From NCBI GenBank assembly GCA_017397685.1, contig JAFQID010000026.1:153-64152 (forward strand): a DNA stretch of 64,000 nt. The letters are read 5' to 3'. Below are positions 25,304-34,286 of the stretch, piece after piece; positions within the stretch are counted from its first letter, which is position 1; each line of letters opens with the position of its first letter. The position numbers and the translations under genes were made by a program. The notes beneath the pieces were generated by a model. That model made no database searches. It was not told where the DNA came from and saw nothing but the letters and a program-made list of their open reading frames with translations. This DNA comes from Bacilli bacterium. GTDB taxonomy: Bacteria; Bacillota_I; Bacilli_A; RF39; UBA660.

Positions 25304-27043
25304 ATGGATAAAAAAGAAATAGAAGAAACTCCTATATGGACTTTATATGAAAAAGGAAGAAATTATCATAGATTAACGGGTATTTATGTAGATACTGACA
25401 AAAATTATAGAATGTACAATGGCAACCAATGGGGAGAGGCGAAACTTGGCGATGTTGAACCTGTACAAAAGAACTTTATAAAACCGATAGTTAAATATAA
25501 AGTAGGAGTAGTACATGATAATCATTATGGTATAGTTTATTCGAGCCGTAATTTTGAAAATAAAGAATTTAGACCTCAAGGTGAAAAGATATGCGAAATG
25601 CTTAATTTGAAAGCATCTCGTATATGGGAAAAAGATAAGATGGATTTCAAAGGTAGAAGAATTACAAAAGATGCTGCAATAAACGATGAAGGTATTATGT
25701 ATGTCAATTATGATAAAGAAAATCAAATGCCTTTAAATGAAATACTGAAAAAGGTTGATGTATATTATGGCAACGAAAACGATGATGACATACAAGCGCA
25801 ACCGTATATTCTTACAAGAAAACGTGTACCAGTATCTATTGCAAAAGAAATAGCAGAAAAAGAAGGACTTGCTAAAGATAAATTAGATATGATCGTTGGA
25901 GATAATGACAACTTTGAAGAATCAGGTGAAGCTGCTAAAGATGAACTAGATAATATGGTAACTATAATAACTAAAATGTACAAATCAAAAGGGACTGTAC
26001 ATTTTTCTATGGCTACAAAATGGGTAGTGATTAAAGAAGATAAAGATAGTGGTCTTACATATTATCCACTTTCACATATGAACTGGGAAGAAAAAGAGGG
26101 ATCAGCAAGAGGTGAAGGTGAAGTTAGATACTTAACCTCAAACCAAATAGAAGTAAATAGAACCGAAGTAAGAAGAGTATTAACGGTTAAATACCAAGCG
26201 TATCCACAAAAAATAGTTAATATAGACAAAATAGTTAATCCATCAGCACTTAATCAAGTAGGTGGGAATATCAAGGTTAAAGGCGGTCAAAGTGTTGACG
26301 ATGTATCAAAAATCATAAGTACATTACCACCTGCGCAAATGAGTCCTGATGTTAAACAATTACAAGAAGATTTAATTCAAGTAACTAGAGATTTAGCAGG
26401 CGCTGGAGATATAGCCACAGGACAAGTTAATCCAGAAAGTGCAAGTGGTAGAGCAATTTTAGCAGTACAACAAGCATCACAAAGTCCAATGACTGAACAA
26501 AAGGAAACATATAAAAACTTCATAGAAGATTTAGCTAAGATATGGCTAGATATGTTTATTGTTTATAGTGATGAAGGGATGAAACTTGAAGAAGAAGTAG
26601 AAGATCCTAAAACAGGACAAAAAGTTATTCAAATAGTAAATATACCTCAAAGCGCATTAAGAGAATTACAAGCAGCAGTCAAGGTGGATATAACACCTAA
26701 AGGAGCATTTGATAAATATGCTCAAGAAATGAGCGTTGAAAATATGTTTCAAGCAGGACTATTTAATGCACAAAGATTACCTGAACTAAAAACGTATGTG
26801 AAACTTTTAGATGATGATTCAGTGATGCCAAAAGTAAAACTGGAAGATGCTGTTAAGACAATAGAAGAAGAACAAAGAAGAATAGCAATGATAGAAGCAG
26901 AAGCGCAAATAATGCAACAAAGAGCACAACAATTTTTGAATGAAGATCTTAGCGCTCAAGCGGAACAAGTATTAAATGCAGAACGAACAATAGCCGAAAA
27001 TGTTTCTAATAATGAAGTAAAAGAGGCTCCTATAGAAGAATAG
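25304..27043 (+). CDS. portal protein
   Basis: 579 aa from the ATG at 25304 (GGAGG RBS). Position between terL and the scaffold gene, with size and a C-terminal coiled-coil/acidic tail typical of portals. Confidence 0.7.
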   Translation: MDKKEIEETPIWTLYEKGRNYHRLTGIYVDTDKNYRMYNGNQWGEAKLGDVEPVQKNFIKPIVKYKVGVVHDNHYGIVYSSRNFENKEFRPQGEKICEMLNLKASRIWEKDKMDFKGRRITKDAAINDEGIMYVNYDKENQMPLNEILKKVDVYYGNENDDDIQAQPYILTRKRVPVSIAKEIAEKEGLAKDKLDMIVGDNDNFEESGEAAKDELDNMVTIITKMYKSKGTVHFSMATKWVVIKEDKDSGLTYYPLSHMNWEEKEGSARGEGEVRYLTSNQIEVNRTEVRRVLTVKYQAYPQKIVNIDKIVNPSALNQVGGNIKVKGGQSVDDVSKIISTLPPAQMSPDVKQLQEDLIQVTRDLAGAGDIATGQVNPESASGRAILAVQQASQSPMTEQKETYKNFIEDLAKIWLDMFIVYSDEGMKLEEEVEDPKTGQKVIQIVNIPQSALRELQAAVKVDITPKGAFDKYAQEMSVENMFQAGLFNAQRLPELKTYVKLLDDDSVMPKVKLEDAVKTIEEEQRRIAMIEAEAQIMQQRAQQFLNEDLSAQAEQVLNAERTIAENVSNNEVKEAPIEE

Positions 27044-27126
27044 GTGCTTTTTATTCGTCCAAGCCTTATGACATTAAAAGATGTGGAGTAGTCAAGCAAA
27101 GACGTAAAAATAGGAAGGAGAATGTT

Positions 27127-27921
27127 ATGGAAAATAACGAAGAACTTGTAACTAATGTTACTGAAAATGTAGAAGAAACTACAGAACAAACACAAGTAGT
27201 AGAAGAACCTACTATTGAAAAGGTTTATACAGAAGATGACTTTAATAACAAGTTAGATGAAGTGTTGCCTAAAAAAATTGCTCGTAAAGAAGCAAAAATC
27301 CGAAAAGAATATGAAAAAAAGTATGGCAAAATAGAAAACCTACTTAAAGCGGGACTGGGAGTTGAATCACTTGAAGAAGCAGAATCACAATTAAGTGATT
27401 TTTATTCTCAAAAGGGAGTTCAAATACCAACAGAAACGACATATTCAAGAAAGGATTTAGAAGTATTAGCTAAGGCAGAAGCAAATGAAATGATTGAAGC
27501 TTATGACTATAGCGAACTAGAAGAAGAAGCTAACAGACTTGCCAACATAGGCGTAGCAAATATGAGCGAAAGAGAAAGACTTGTATTTGAAAAAATTGGC
27601 GACTATCTAGTAAATGAAAAAAGCAAGCAAGAACTTGCGACAATAGGAGTTACAGAAAAAGACTTAAACGATAAAGAATATCTAGAGTTTAAGAAAAATC
27701 TTAATCCTAATATGTCTGAAAAAGACAAGTACGAAATGTATACAAAATATAGACCTAAGCCAGAGGTCGAAATAATAGGAAGTATGAAAAATAATATCAA
27801 TAAAGATACAGGTGTTAAGGATTTCTATACTAGAGATGAAGCAATGAAGTTTACGAAAGCTGATTTCGATAAAAATCCCGCTTTATTTAAAGCGGTAGAA
27901 AACTCAATGTCTAAATGGTAG
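27127..27921 (+). CDS. scaffolding protein (putative)
   Basis: 264 aa, acidic and helical, immediately upstream of the capsid gene. Confidence 0.55.
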   Translation: MENNEELVTNVTENVEETTEQTQVVEEPTIEKVYTEDDFNNKLDEVLPKKIARKEAKIRKEYEKKYGKIENLLKAGLGVESLEEAESQLSDFYSQKGVQIPTETTYSRKDLEVLAKAEANEMIEAYDYSELEEEANRLANIGVANMSERERLVFEKIGDYLVNEKSKQELATIGVTEKDLNDKEYLEFKKNLNPNMSEKDKYEMYTKYRPKPEVEIIGSMKNNINKDTGVKDFYTRDEAMKFTKADFDKNPALFKAVENSMSKW

Positions 27922-27952
27922 TACTTCCAAATAATGAAAGGAAGGGATAAAA

Positions 27953-28759
27953 ATGGCAGTAAGTAATTTTATACAGACTATATGGTCTAAAAAGATTCAA
28001 GATGACCTAGAGTTAAAAACAAAGTTAGTAGCAAACTGTTTAAGAAGCTACGAGGGAGATTGTAAATATGCACAATCTGTAAAAATCTTAGGAGTAGGAG
28101 AGCCAACAATCGGTAAATATACTGGTGCTGAAATCACTATCGAAGAGATGAGTGATAAAGGTCAAACATTAACTATCGACCAAGCAAACTTTTTTGCATT
28201 CTATGTTGATGATGTTAATGTGGCTCAAAGCGTTCCAGGATTAAAAGAAGAATATCAAAGAAAGGCTGTACACGGTTTAGCAGTTGCTAGAGATACATAT
28301 GTTGCTAATCTAATCAAAGGTGCTACTAATTCAACAACTGCAACAGCATTAACTCAAGAAGCAGTTAAAGAGGCTATTGACGGTGCTATAGTTGCTCTAA
28401 GAGAGAGAAACTTTGATGAAGAGGGCGTAATTGAAATTACACCAGCAGTTTATAATGTGTTTAAAAATGAATTAATCACATTATCAACTAACAACCCAGA
28501 ATACATTAAGAAAGGTATCGTAGGTATGTATGACGGCATGGAAGTATGTATGTCTAATAACATGGCTAAAGATGATACTCATGTATATTGTGATGTTAGA
28601 GGTAAAAAGGCTATTGCTTTCGCTGGTCAAATCAATGAAGTTGAAGCATTAAGAGCAGAGAAAGTATTTAAAGATATCATCAGAGGTCTTGACACATTCG
28701 GTGCTAAAGTTATTGATGAAAACAGAATACAAACAGTTAAAGTACCTTTAACAGCTTAA
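27953..28759 (+). CDS. major capsid protein
   Basis: 268 aa. N-terminal FIQTIWSKKIQDDLELKTKLVANCLRSYEGD...VKILGVGEPTIGKY fits a common capsid-family pattern. A strong terminator follows and the codon usage is GC-richer. Confidence 0.7.
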   Translation: MAVSNFIQTIWSKKIQDDLELKTKLVANCLRSYEGDCKYAQSVKILGVGEPTIGKYTGAEITIEEMSDKGQTLTIDQANFFAFYVDDVNVAQSVPGLKEEYQRKAVHGLAVARDTYVANLIKGATNSTTATALTQEAVKEAIDGAIVALRERNFDEEGVIEITPAVYNVFKNELITLSTNNPEYIKKGIVGMYDGMEVCMSNNMAKDDTHVYCDVRGKKAIAFAGQINEVEALRAEKVFKDIIRGLDTFGAKVIDENRIQTVKVPLTA

Positions 28760-28763
28760 TTAT

Positions 28764-28790
28764 AGGTCGCAAAAAAAGCGACCTTTTTTA
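28764..28790 (+). terminator. intrinsic terminator after the capsid gene
   Basis: AGGTCGC-aaaaaaa-GCGACCT followed by TTTTT. Confidence 0.75.
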
Positions 28791-28854
28791 TCGTATATGA
28801 ACTAGCGTGAAAAGTGGTGCAATTCCACTTCGTACGACCAATTAAGGAGGATAA

Positions 28855-29166
28855 ATGAAAAAATTTATAAAAAAACCAAGTATAGATATGTACGTGGGTA
28901 TAAAAGTAACAAAGGATACAGATATTACATTTGAGAATGAAACAGTAAAGCAAACAATAAAAGATTTAGAACTTCATTCTATAACAAAGATAGATGGAGC
29001 AGGATATAAAAGTATATACGACACTTATGTCAATCTAAATGAAGGAGATGTTCTTATATTTGAAGAAGAAAGTAGAGGATATATAAAACCAATTGAAGAG
29101 TTTATGACTATAACAGAGGCACTAGAAGAACTAGAAAATATAAAAAGTTTAGATGTGGAGGTGTAA
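28855..29166 (+). CDS. hypothetical virion-module protein
   Basis: 103 aa. AAGGAGG RBS. Confidence 0.5.
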   Translation: MKKFIKKPSIDMYVGIKVTKDTDITFENETVKQTIKDLELHSITKIDGAGYKSIYDTYVNLNEGDVLIFEEESRGYIKPIEEFMTITEALEELENIKSLDVEV

Positions 29167-29167
29167 T

Positions 29168-29545
29168 ATGTTTAAAATCGACAAAACAAGTAAACAAATA
29201 AGTCTTACTAGAGGTGATGTTGCTCAAATTGAAGTATCAGCATTAAACGAGGACGGAACAGACTATACTTTTAATGAGGGCGATATTATAAGATTTAAAG
29301 TAATTAAAAGAAAAGAATGTAATAGTGTTGAATTACAAAAAGATGTAGAGGTAAACGAGGCTGGAACAATAGTTAATATATCTTTAACAAGTGAAGATAC
29401 TAAGATAGGTGGGCTTATAAATAAACCGGTTAAATATTGGTATGAAGTAGAAGTTAATCCTGAAACAAATTGTCAAACTATAATTGGCTATGATGAGGAC
29501 GGGGAAAAAATATTTATGTTGTATCCGGAGGGCTCTGAAGAATGA
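29168..29545 (+). CDS. hypothetical beta-rich virion-module protein
   Basis: Start set at MFKIDKT (GGAGG RBS). 125 aa. Confidence 0.5.
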   Translation: MFKIDKTSKQISLTRGDVAQIEVSALNEDGTDYTFNEGDIIRFKVIKRKECNSVELQKDVEVNEAGTIVNISLTSEDTKIGGLINKPVKYWYEVEVNPETNCQTIIGYDEDGEKIFMLYPEGSEE

Positions 29546-30669
29546 TAGAAGCAAAAGAAAGTTTAATAGGTAATATAAACGCTTCTGATTCATTACAAGG
29601 TAGTTTAAATAAGGCAATAGAATATGTATCTCCAACGACTCAAGAAAAGAGTATTACACCTACAAAAGAGACTCAAGAGGTTGTTCCTGACGAGGGTATA
29701 TTTGCTTTATCAAAAGTAATAGTTGAGGCTGTTTCAAACGAAATAGATGAAAACATAAAACCAGAAAACATAAAAGAAGGTGTGTCGATTTTAGGAGTAG
29801 AAGGAAGTTTTGTTGGTGGTAGTGGTAAATATGCTCCTAGAAGTTTATCATTTTATTACTATTCTGGCACGGAGCTTGATTATGAACTTACCAATGTTGA
29901 TACAAGCAATTTAACTACAACGCAATATATGTTTGCAAATTGTAGTAATTTACTAAGTGTAGATTTGTCTAAACTAGACACTAGCAACGTGACGAATATG
30001 GGTTTGATGTTTACACAATGTAGAGCATTAACCAAAATTGATTTAAGACCTTTAAATACTAGCAAAGTTAAAAGTATGGGTAATATGTTTAGTTATTGTT
30101 CTGGTTTAACGGAAGTAAACTTTGATGGTATAGACACTAGTAGTTTGACAGGTGCTTGTATGAACCAAATGTTTGGCTATTGTTCGTCTTTAAAAGAAAT
30201 TGATATGAGCAGTTTTAATACCAGTGAAGCAGATTCGTTAAGCAGTTTGTTTTCTGGTTGTACTTCGTTAGAACATATCGATGTAAGTAGTTTTAATACC
30301 AGTAATGTGACTAATATGAGTTATGTATTTAATAATTGTAGTTCGTTAACTACATTAGACATAAGTAATTTTGATGCTAGTAAAGTTGTTAATCTTAATA
30401 GTATGTTTGCTAACTGCACATCACTTGCTAATTTAACTTTTATGAATAATTTGGGTAAAGGTTATACAAGAACGTCTTCAAATTACAGTCAATACACTCT
30501 TAATTTGTCGGCTTGTCCTTTAACACACGATAGTTTAATGGATGTGATAAATAAATTATACACTTTAGGAAATTATGAACAGTCACTTGTACTTGGTGCT
30601 GATAATTTATCAAAACTAACTGCTGATGAAATTGCAATAGCAACAAATAAAAACTGGAATGTTTCTTGA
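29542..30669 (+). CDS. structural-module protein with BspA/DUF285-type leucine-rich repeats
   Basis: 375 aa. About 8 tandem ~25-aa units of the type (D/N)TSxVTNMxxMFxxCxxLxxxDxSxF, e.g. LDTSNVTNMGLMFTQCRALTKIDLRPLNTSKVKSMGNMFSYCSGLTEVNF. Confidence 0.7.
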   Translation: MIEAKESLIGNINASDSLQGSLNKAIEYVSPTTQEKSITPTKETQEVVPDEGIFALSKVIVEAVSNEIDENIKPENIKEGVSILGVEGSFVGGSGKYAPRSLSFYYYSGTELDYELTNVDTSNLTTTQYMFANCSNLLSVDLSKLDTSNVTNMGLMFTQCRALTKIDLRPLNTSKVKSMGNMFSYCSGLTEVNFDGIDTSSLTGACMNQMFGYCSSLKEIDMSSFNTSEADSLSSLFSGCTSLEHIDVSSFNTSNVTNMSYVFNNCSSLTTLDISNFDASKVVNLNSMFANCTSLANLTFMNNLGKGYTRTSSNYSQYTLNLSACPLTHDSLMDVINKLYTLGNYEQSLVLGADNLSKLTADEIAIATNKNWNVS

Positions 30670-30682
30670 TAAGGAGGGAAAG

Positions 30683-30901
30683 ATGAAATTATTTGATTAT
30701 ACAGAACCAAAAATGATAGTTGCTGATAAGGGCAAACACATAAGAAGTGTTAATGATGTATATATTGAAGAACATTATGACGACGAGGGCAATTTGGTAG
30801 AAGAACACTTCCCATATTATTCAACAACTATATTCGTGCCTGATAGCACTACTGAAAAAGATATGTATGAAATGTATATAGAAGAACAAATAGAAGAATA
30901 G
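30683..30901 (+). CDS. hypothetical protein
   Basis: Start set at MKLFDY (AAGGAGGG RBS). 72 aa. Confidence 0.45.
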   Translation: MKLFDYTEPKMIVADKGKHIRSVNDVYIEEHYDDEGNLVEEHFPYYSTTIFVPDSTTEKDMYEMYIEEQIEE

Positions 30902-30911
30902 GAGGTAATAT

Positions 30912-31454
30912 ATGAAATTGTTAGAAATGAAAAAGAAAGTTTTAGCACTCATTGAGGAAATAGATGATACACAAACAAGTTTAACAAACGATCCAGATAT
31001 AGAGGCTAAACTTCCTTATGTCATTAATCAAATTATCTTTGAACTCGCAAGATTTAAAAAGATACCTGAATATGTAGAGCAAGAAGTAAAAGAGGGCACT
31101 ACTTTTGATTTAAAAGATTTAGATAACTTTTACCAATTGCAAATCGTAAGAGGTATAAAATATGATTTTTTGACAGAAACACTGATAAGGTTTTTGGAAA
31201 ATGGCACTGCCGAAATATCATATTATAAATACCCGCAACGAATAGATATTAATACTCCTGACACATATGAATTTGATTTGTCTGAAGATGCATTAGAGAT
31301 TGCTGTATATGGAATAGCAGCAGATTTATTAAAAAGTGATATATCGAATAATAATGGTATAATTTACGCTAATAGATATAAGGAATTGATGCAAACATTA
31401 GATCCGAGATATCAACTAGGGGTAATAGAAATAACAGATGGAATAGAATTATAG
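30912..31454 (+). CDS. putative head-tail adaptor
   Basis: 180 aa. Assigned only by position (P22 gp4-like slot) and helical character. Confidence 0.35.
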   Translation: MKLLEMKKKVLALIEEIDDTQTSLTNDPDIEAKLPYVINQIIFELARFKKIPEYVEQEVKEGTTFDLKDLDNFYQLQIVRGIKYDFLTETLIRFLENGTAEISYYKYPQRIDINTPDTYEFDLSEDALEIAVYGIAADLLKSDISNNNGIIYANRYKELMQTLDPRYQLGVIEITDGIEL

Positions 31455-31465
31455 GAGGCTGATAA

Positions 31466-33190
31466 ATGGCAAACACGATTAGTGGAACATTAATTACAAG
31501 AAATTATACAGACTTTAGAGGAGTTGACTTCACAGATGAAGAAGTATCACTTATGAGAAGCCCAGATAGTTTAAATATGTGGAAAGATTATAAAAAATTA
31601 GGTAAAAGCATAGAAACACGTCCAAAGATGAGATTATTCAAGGAATATGATAATACCATTTTTGGACTATTTTTTTATAAAGTAGGAACTAATGAAATGT
31701 TAATCGTTCATTCAGGTACAAAACTTTATAAGGAACAAGAAGGAATAAAAGAAGAACTATATACAGGTATGAAACCTGCCAAAAGTTATTCATTTGTATA
31801 TAATAATATTTTATATATAAAAGACGGAATAAATTATTTGAAATATGATGGAGAAACATTGTCAAGTGCAGAAGAAGATGCATTTGTTCCTACAACTACT
31901 ATAAGTAGATCACCTAATGGTGGTGGTACAACCTATCAAGATATAAATATGTTAAGCCCATATAGGAGAAATAGTTTTGTAGGTGATGGTGAGTCAAGAG
32001 ACTATCACTTGGATACAACTGGGCTAGATGTGGGAGAAAATACTGTAACTGTGACAATAAATGATGTGCTAATGGTTGAAGGTACTGACTTTTCTGTCAA
32101 TAGAGAGACAGGTGTAGTTACATTTAATTCAATACCACCAAAACCTTTAACAGATGGGCAAGATAATGTTTTTATAACATTCAAAAAGACAGTTGATGGT
32201 TATGCGGATAGGATAAAAAAATGCACTCTACTTACAGTATTTGATAATAGGGTGTTTTTTAGTGGGAATCAAGATTATCCTAATGTTGTATGGCATAGTA
32301 GTTTAAATGATCCTTCTTATTGTAGCGACTTAGATTATTACAATGAAGGATTAGACCTTTCACCGGTTAAAAGTATGGTGGCGGGTAATAATGCACTATG
32401 GGTATTTAAAGAACCCAGCCAAGCAAATACGACAGTGTTTTATCATAATCCAACAATTGATTCTACATACGGTAAAGTATATCCAAGTTCACATTCAAGC
32501 ATTTCAACTGGTTGTATAGCTACTGGAATCAATTTCAATGATGATATAGTGTTCTTTAGTGATAGAGGAATGGAAGCAATAAATGGAGATGTTACGACAG
32601 AACAGGTGCTTGCACATAGAAGTTCTTTAGTAGATAGTAAACTAGTTACTGAAGAAAAATATAAAGATATGATTCTTGAAGAATATGCTGGATATTTATT
32701 AGTAATTATAGAAAATAAAGTTTATTTAGCGGATAGTAGAGCGATGTTCACAAATGGCGACCATAATGAATATGAATGGTTTTACTGGGAATTAGAAGAA
32801 AAAATTACAATAACTAAAGTTAAAGATGGTGTTTTATATTTAGGTACAGAAAAAGGGATTTTTGTTTTAGATGATGTTTCAAATGAAAGAGAAGTAGAAT
32901 CCTATTGGATAACTCCACTAGATGAGTTTAAATATCCTCATTATCAAAAAACTACTAATAAAAGAGGGTCTGTAACTGATATAAAAGGAAATAATATAAC
33001 TATATCAACAAAATTAAATAATAGTGAATTTACCGAAATAGTAACTCATAATCAAATCAATGGTTATGTAGTAAATCGAATAAAAAAGAAAAAATGGAAA
33101 TCAATACAGTTAAAGTTTAGTTCGAATTTACCATTTGAACTACGTTCAACAACACTAGAAGCATATGTTGGTGGATATATAAAAAGATGA
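31466..33190 (+). CDS. putative tail hub / nozzle protein
   Basis: 574 aa, beta-rich. Assigned by position (P22 gp10-like slot). No motif certain. Confidence 0.35.
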   Translation: MANTISGTLITRNYTDFRGVDFTDEEVSLMRSPDSLNMWKDYKKLGKSIETRPKMRLFKEYDNTIFGLFFYKVGTNEMLIVHSGTKLYKEQEGIKEELYTGMKPAKSYSFVYNNILYIKDGINYLKYDGETLSSAEEDAFVPTTTISRSPNGGGTTYQDINMLSPYRRNSFVGDGESRDYHLDTTGLDVGENTVTVTINDVLMVEGTDFSVNRETGVVTFNSIPPKPLTDGQDNVFITFKKTVDGYADRIKKCTLLTVFDNRVFFSGNQDYPNVVWHSSLNDPSYCSDLDYYNEGLDLSPVKSMVAGNNALWVFKEPSQANTTVFYHNPTIDSTYGKVYPSSHSSISTGCIATGINFNDDIVFFSDRGMEAINGDVTTEQVLAHRSSLVDSKLVTEEKYKDMILEEYAGYLLVIIENKVYLADSRAMFTNGDHNEYEWFYWELEEKITITKVKDGVLYLGTEKGIFVLDDVSNEREVESYWITPLDEFKYPHYQKTTNKRGSVTDIKGNNITISTKLNNSEFTEIVTHNQINGYVVNRIKKKKWKSIQLKFSSNLPFELRSTTLEAYVGGYIKR

Positions 33191-33202
33191 AAGGAGTAAT
33201 AA

Positions 33203-34270
33203 ATGGCGACAACAAATTCATATGTAAATTACGATGATGAAAGATTTACCGATGTTAAAGCGAAAGAACAACAAAAAATAACTGAATCTGATACTCATTA
33301 CAATAATATGATAAATCAAAGTGATAATTATTATCAAAGCCAAATAGATGCTACAAAAGATTATGCAGAGACTCAGAAACAAATACAACAGGAACAAACG
33401 GATTTTGCAATAGAACAAATAGAACAACAAAAAGAACAAGCAGAGAAAGATTATACGAAAGAACAAAAAGGAGCATATGTTGATTGGCAAAAACAATCTA
33501 ATCAATATGGTGCAACCGCAGAACAATTTGCTTCAAATGGACTTTTAAATACAGGTTATAGTGAGAGTTCTCAAGTAAGTATGTATAATACTTATCAAAA
33601 TAGAGTATCAACTGCGAGAGAAAGTTTTAACAACGCCGTTTTAAATTATAACAATAGTATAAAGGAAGCTAGACTTGCTAATAATAGTGCACTTGCTGAA
33701 ATTGCATATAATGCACTTCAAGCACAATTAGAACTCTCTTTGCAAGGATTCCAATATAAAAATACTTTACTTCAAGCACAATTAGATGCAAAAAGACAAA
33801 TTGAGTCTGATTATTATAACAGATGGGAAAATGTTCTTAATCAAATCAATTTAGAAAAACAAACGGCTATGGAAGAAGAGCAAAGGGCAAAAGAACAAGC
33901 AAGATGGGAAGCGGAGATGGCATATCAAAAAGAAAGAGATAAAATAGCGGATCAACAATGGCAAAAAGAATATAATTTAGCTAAAAAATCTTCTAGTTCG
34001 AGCAGGTCTTATAGTAGTGGCGGTGGTTCTTCAAGTAGTGCATCAATAAAAAAACCATCAACTAAAGAAAAAATATACAAAGCTAACAGCACGGCTAAAT
34101 TGAGTACTACTGCTGCAGGAAAGTTTGTAAATGATAATATAACTTCAATAGTTATAAAAAATGGAGGAATTACTGAGTCTCAACTAGTTTCAGCTCTAAA
34201 CAAAGGTAAAGAACAAGGACTTTTGACAAATGATGATATTAATAAGGTTCTACTTACATTTGGTTTGTAA
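33203..34270 (+). CDS. Gln-rich coiled-coil virion protein with a Ser/Gly linker
   Basis: 355 aa. Long Q/E heptads, then SSSSSRSYSSGGGSSSSAS, then a small C-terminal domain. Confidence 0.5.
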   Translation: MATTNSYVNYDDERFTDVKAKEQQKITESDTHYNNMINQSDNYYQSQIDATKDYAETQKQIQQEQTDFAIEQIEQQKEQAEKDYTKEQKGAYVDWQKQSNQYGATAEQFASNGLLNTGYSESSQVSMYNTYQNRVSTARESFNNAVLNYNNSIKEARLANNSALAEIAYNALQAQLELSLQGFQYKNTLLQAQLDAKRQIESDYYNRWENVLNQINLEKQTAMEEEQRAKEQARWEAEMAYQKERDKIADQQWQKEYNLAKKSSSSSRSYSSGGGSSSSASIKKPSTKEKIYKANSTAKLSTTAAGKFVNDNITSIVIKNGGITESQLVSALNKGKEQGLLTNDDINKVLLTFGL

Positions 34271-34286
34271 TGATTAGGAGGATAAA

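Noticed and set aside
33980-34050. The Ser/Gly tract (SSSSSRSYSSGGGSSSSAS) in the 355-aa virion protein considered as a slippage-prone phase-variation tract.
   Set aside because: The codons are heterogeneous (tct agt tcg agc agg tct tat agt...), so there is no homopolymer or short tandem DNA repeat. It is most simply a flexible linker.
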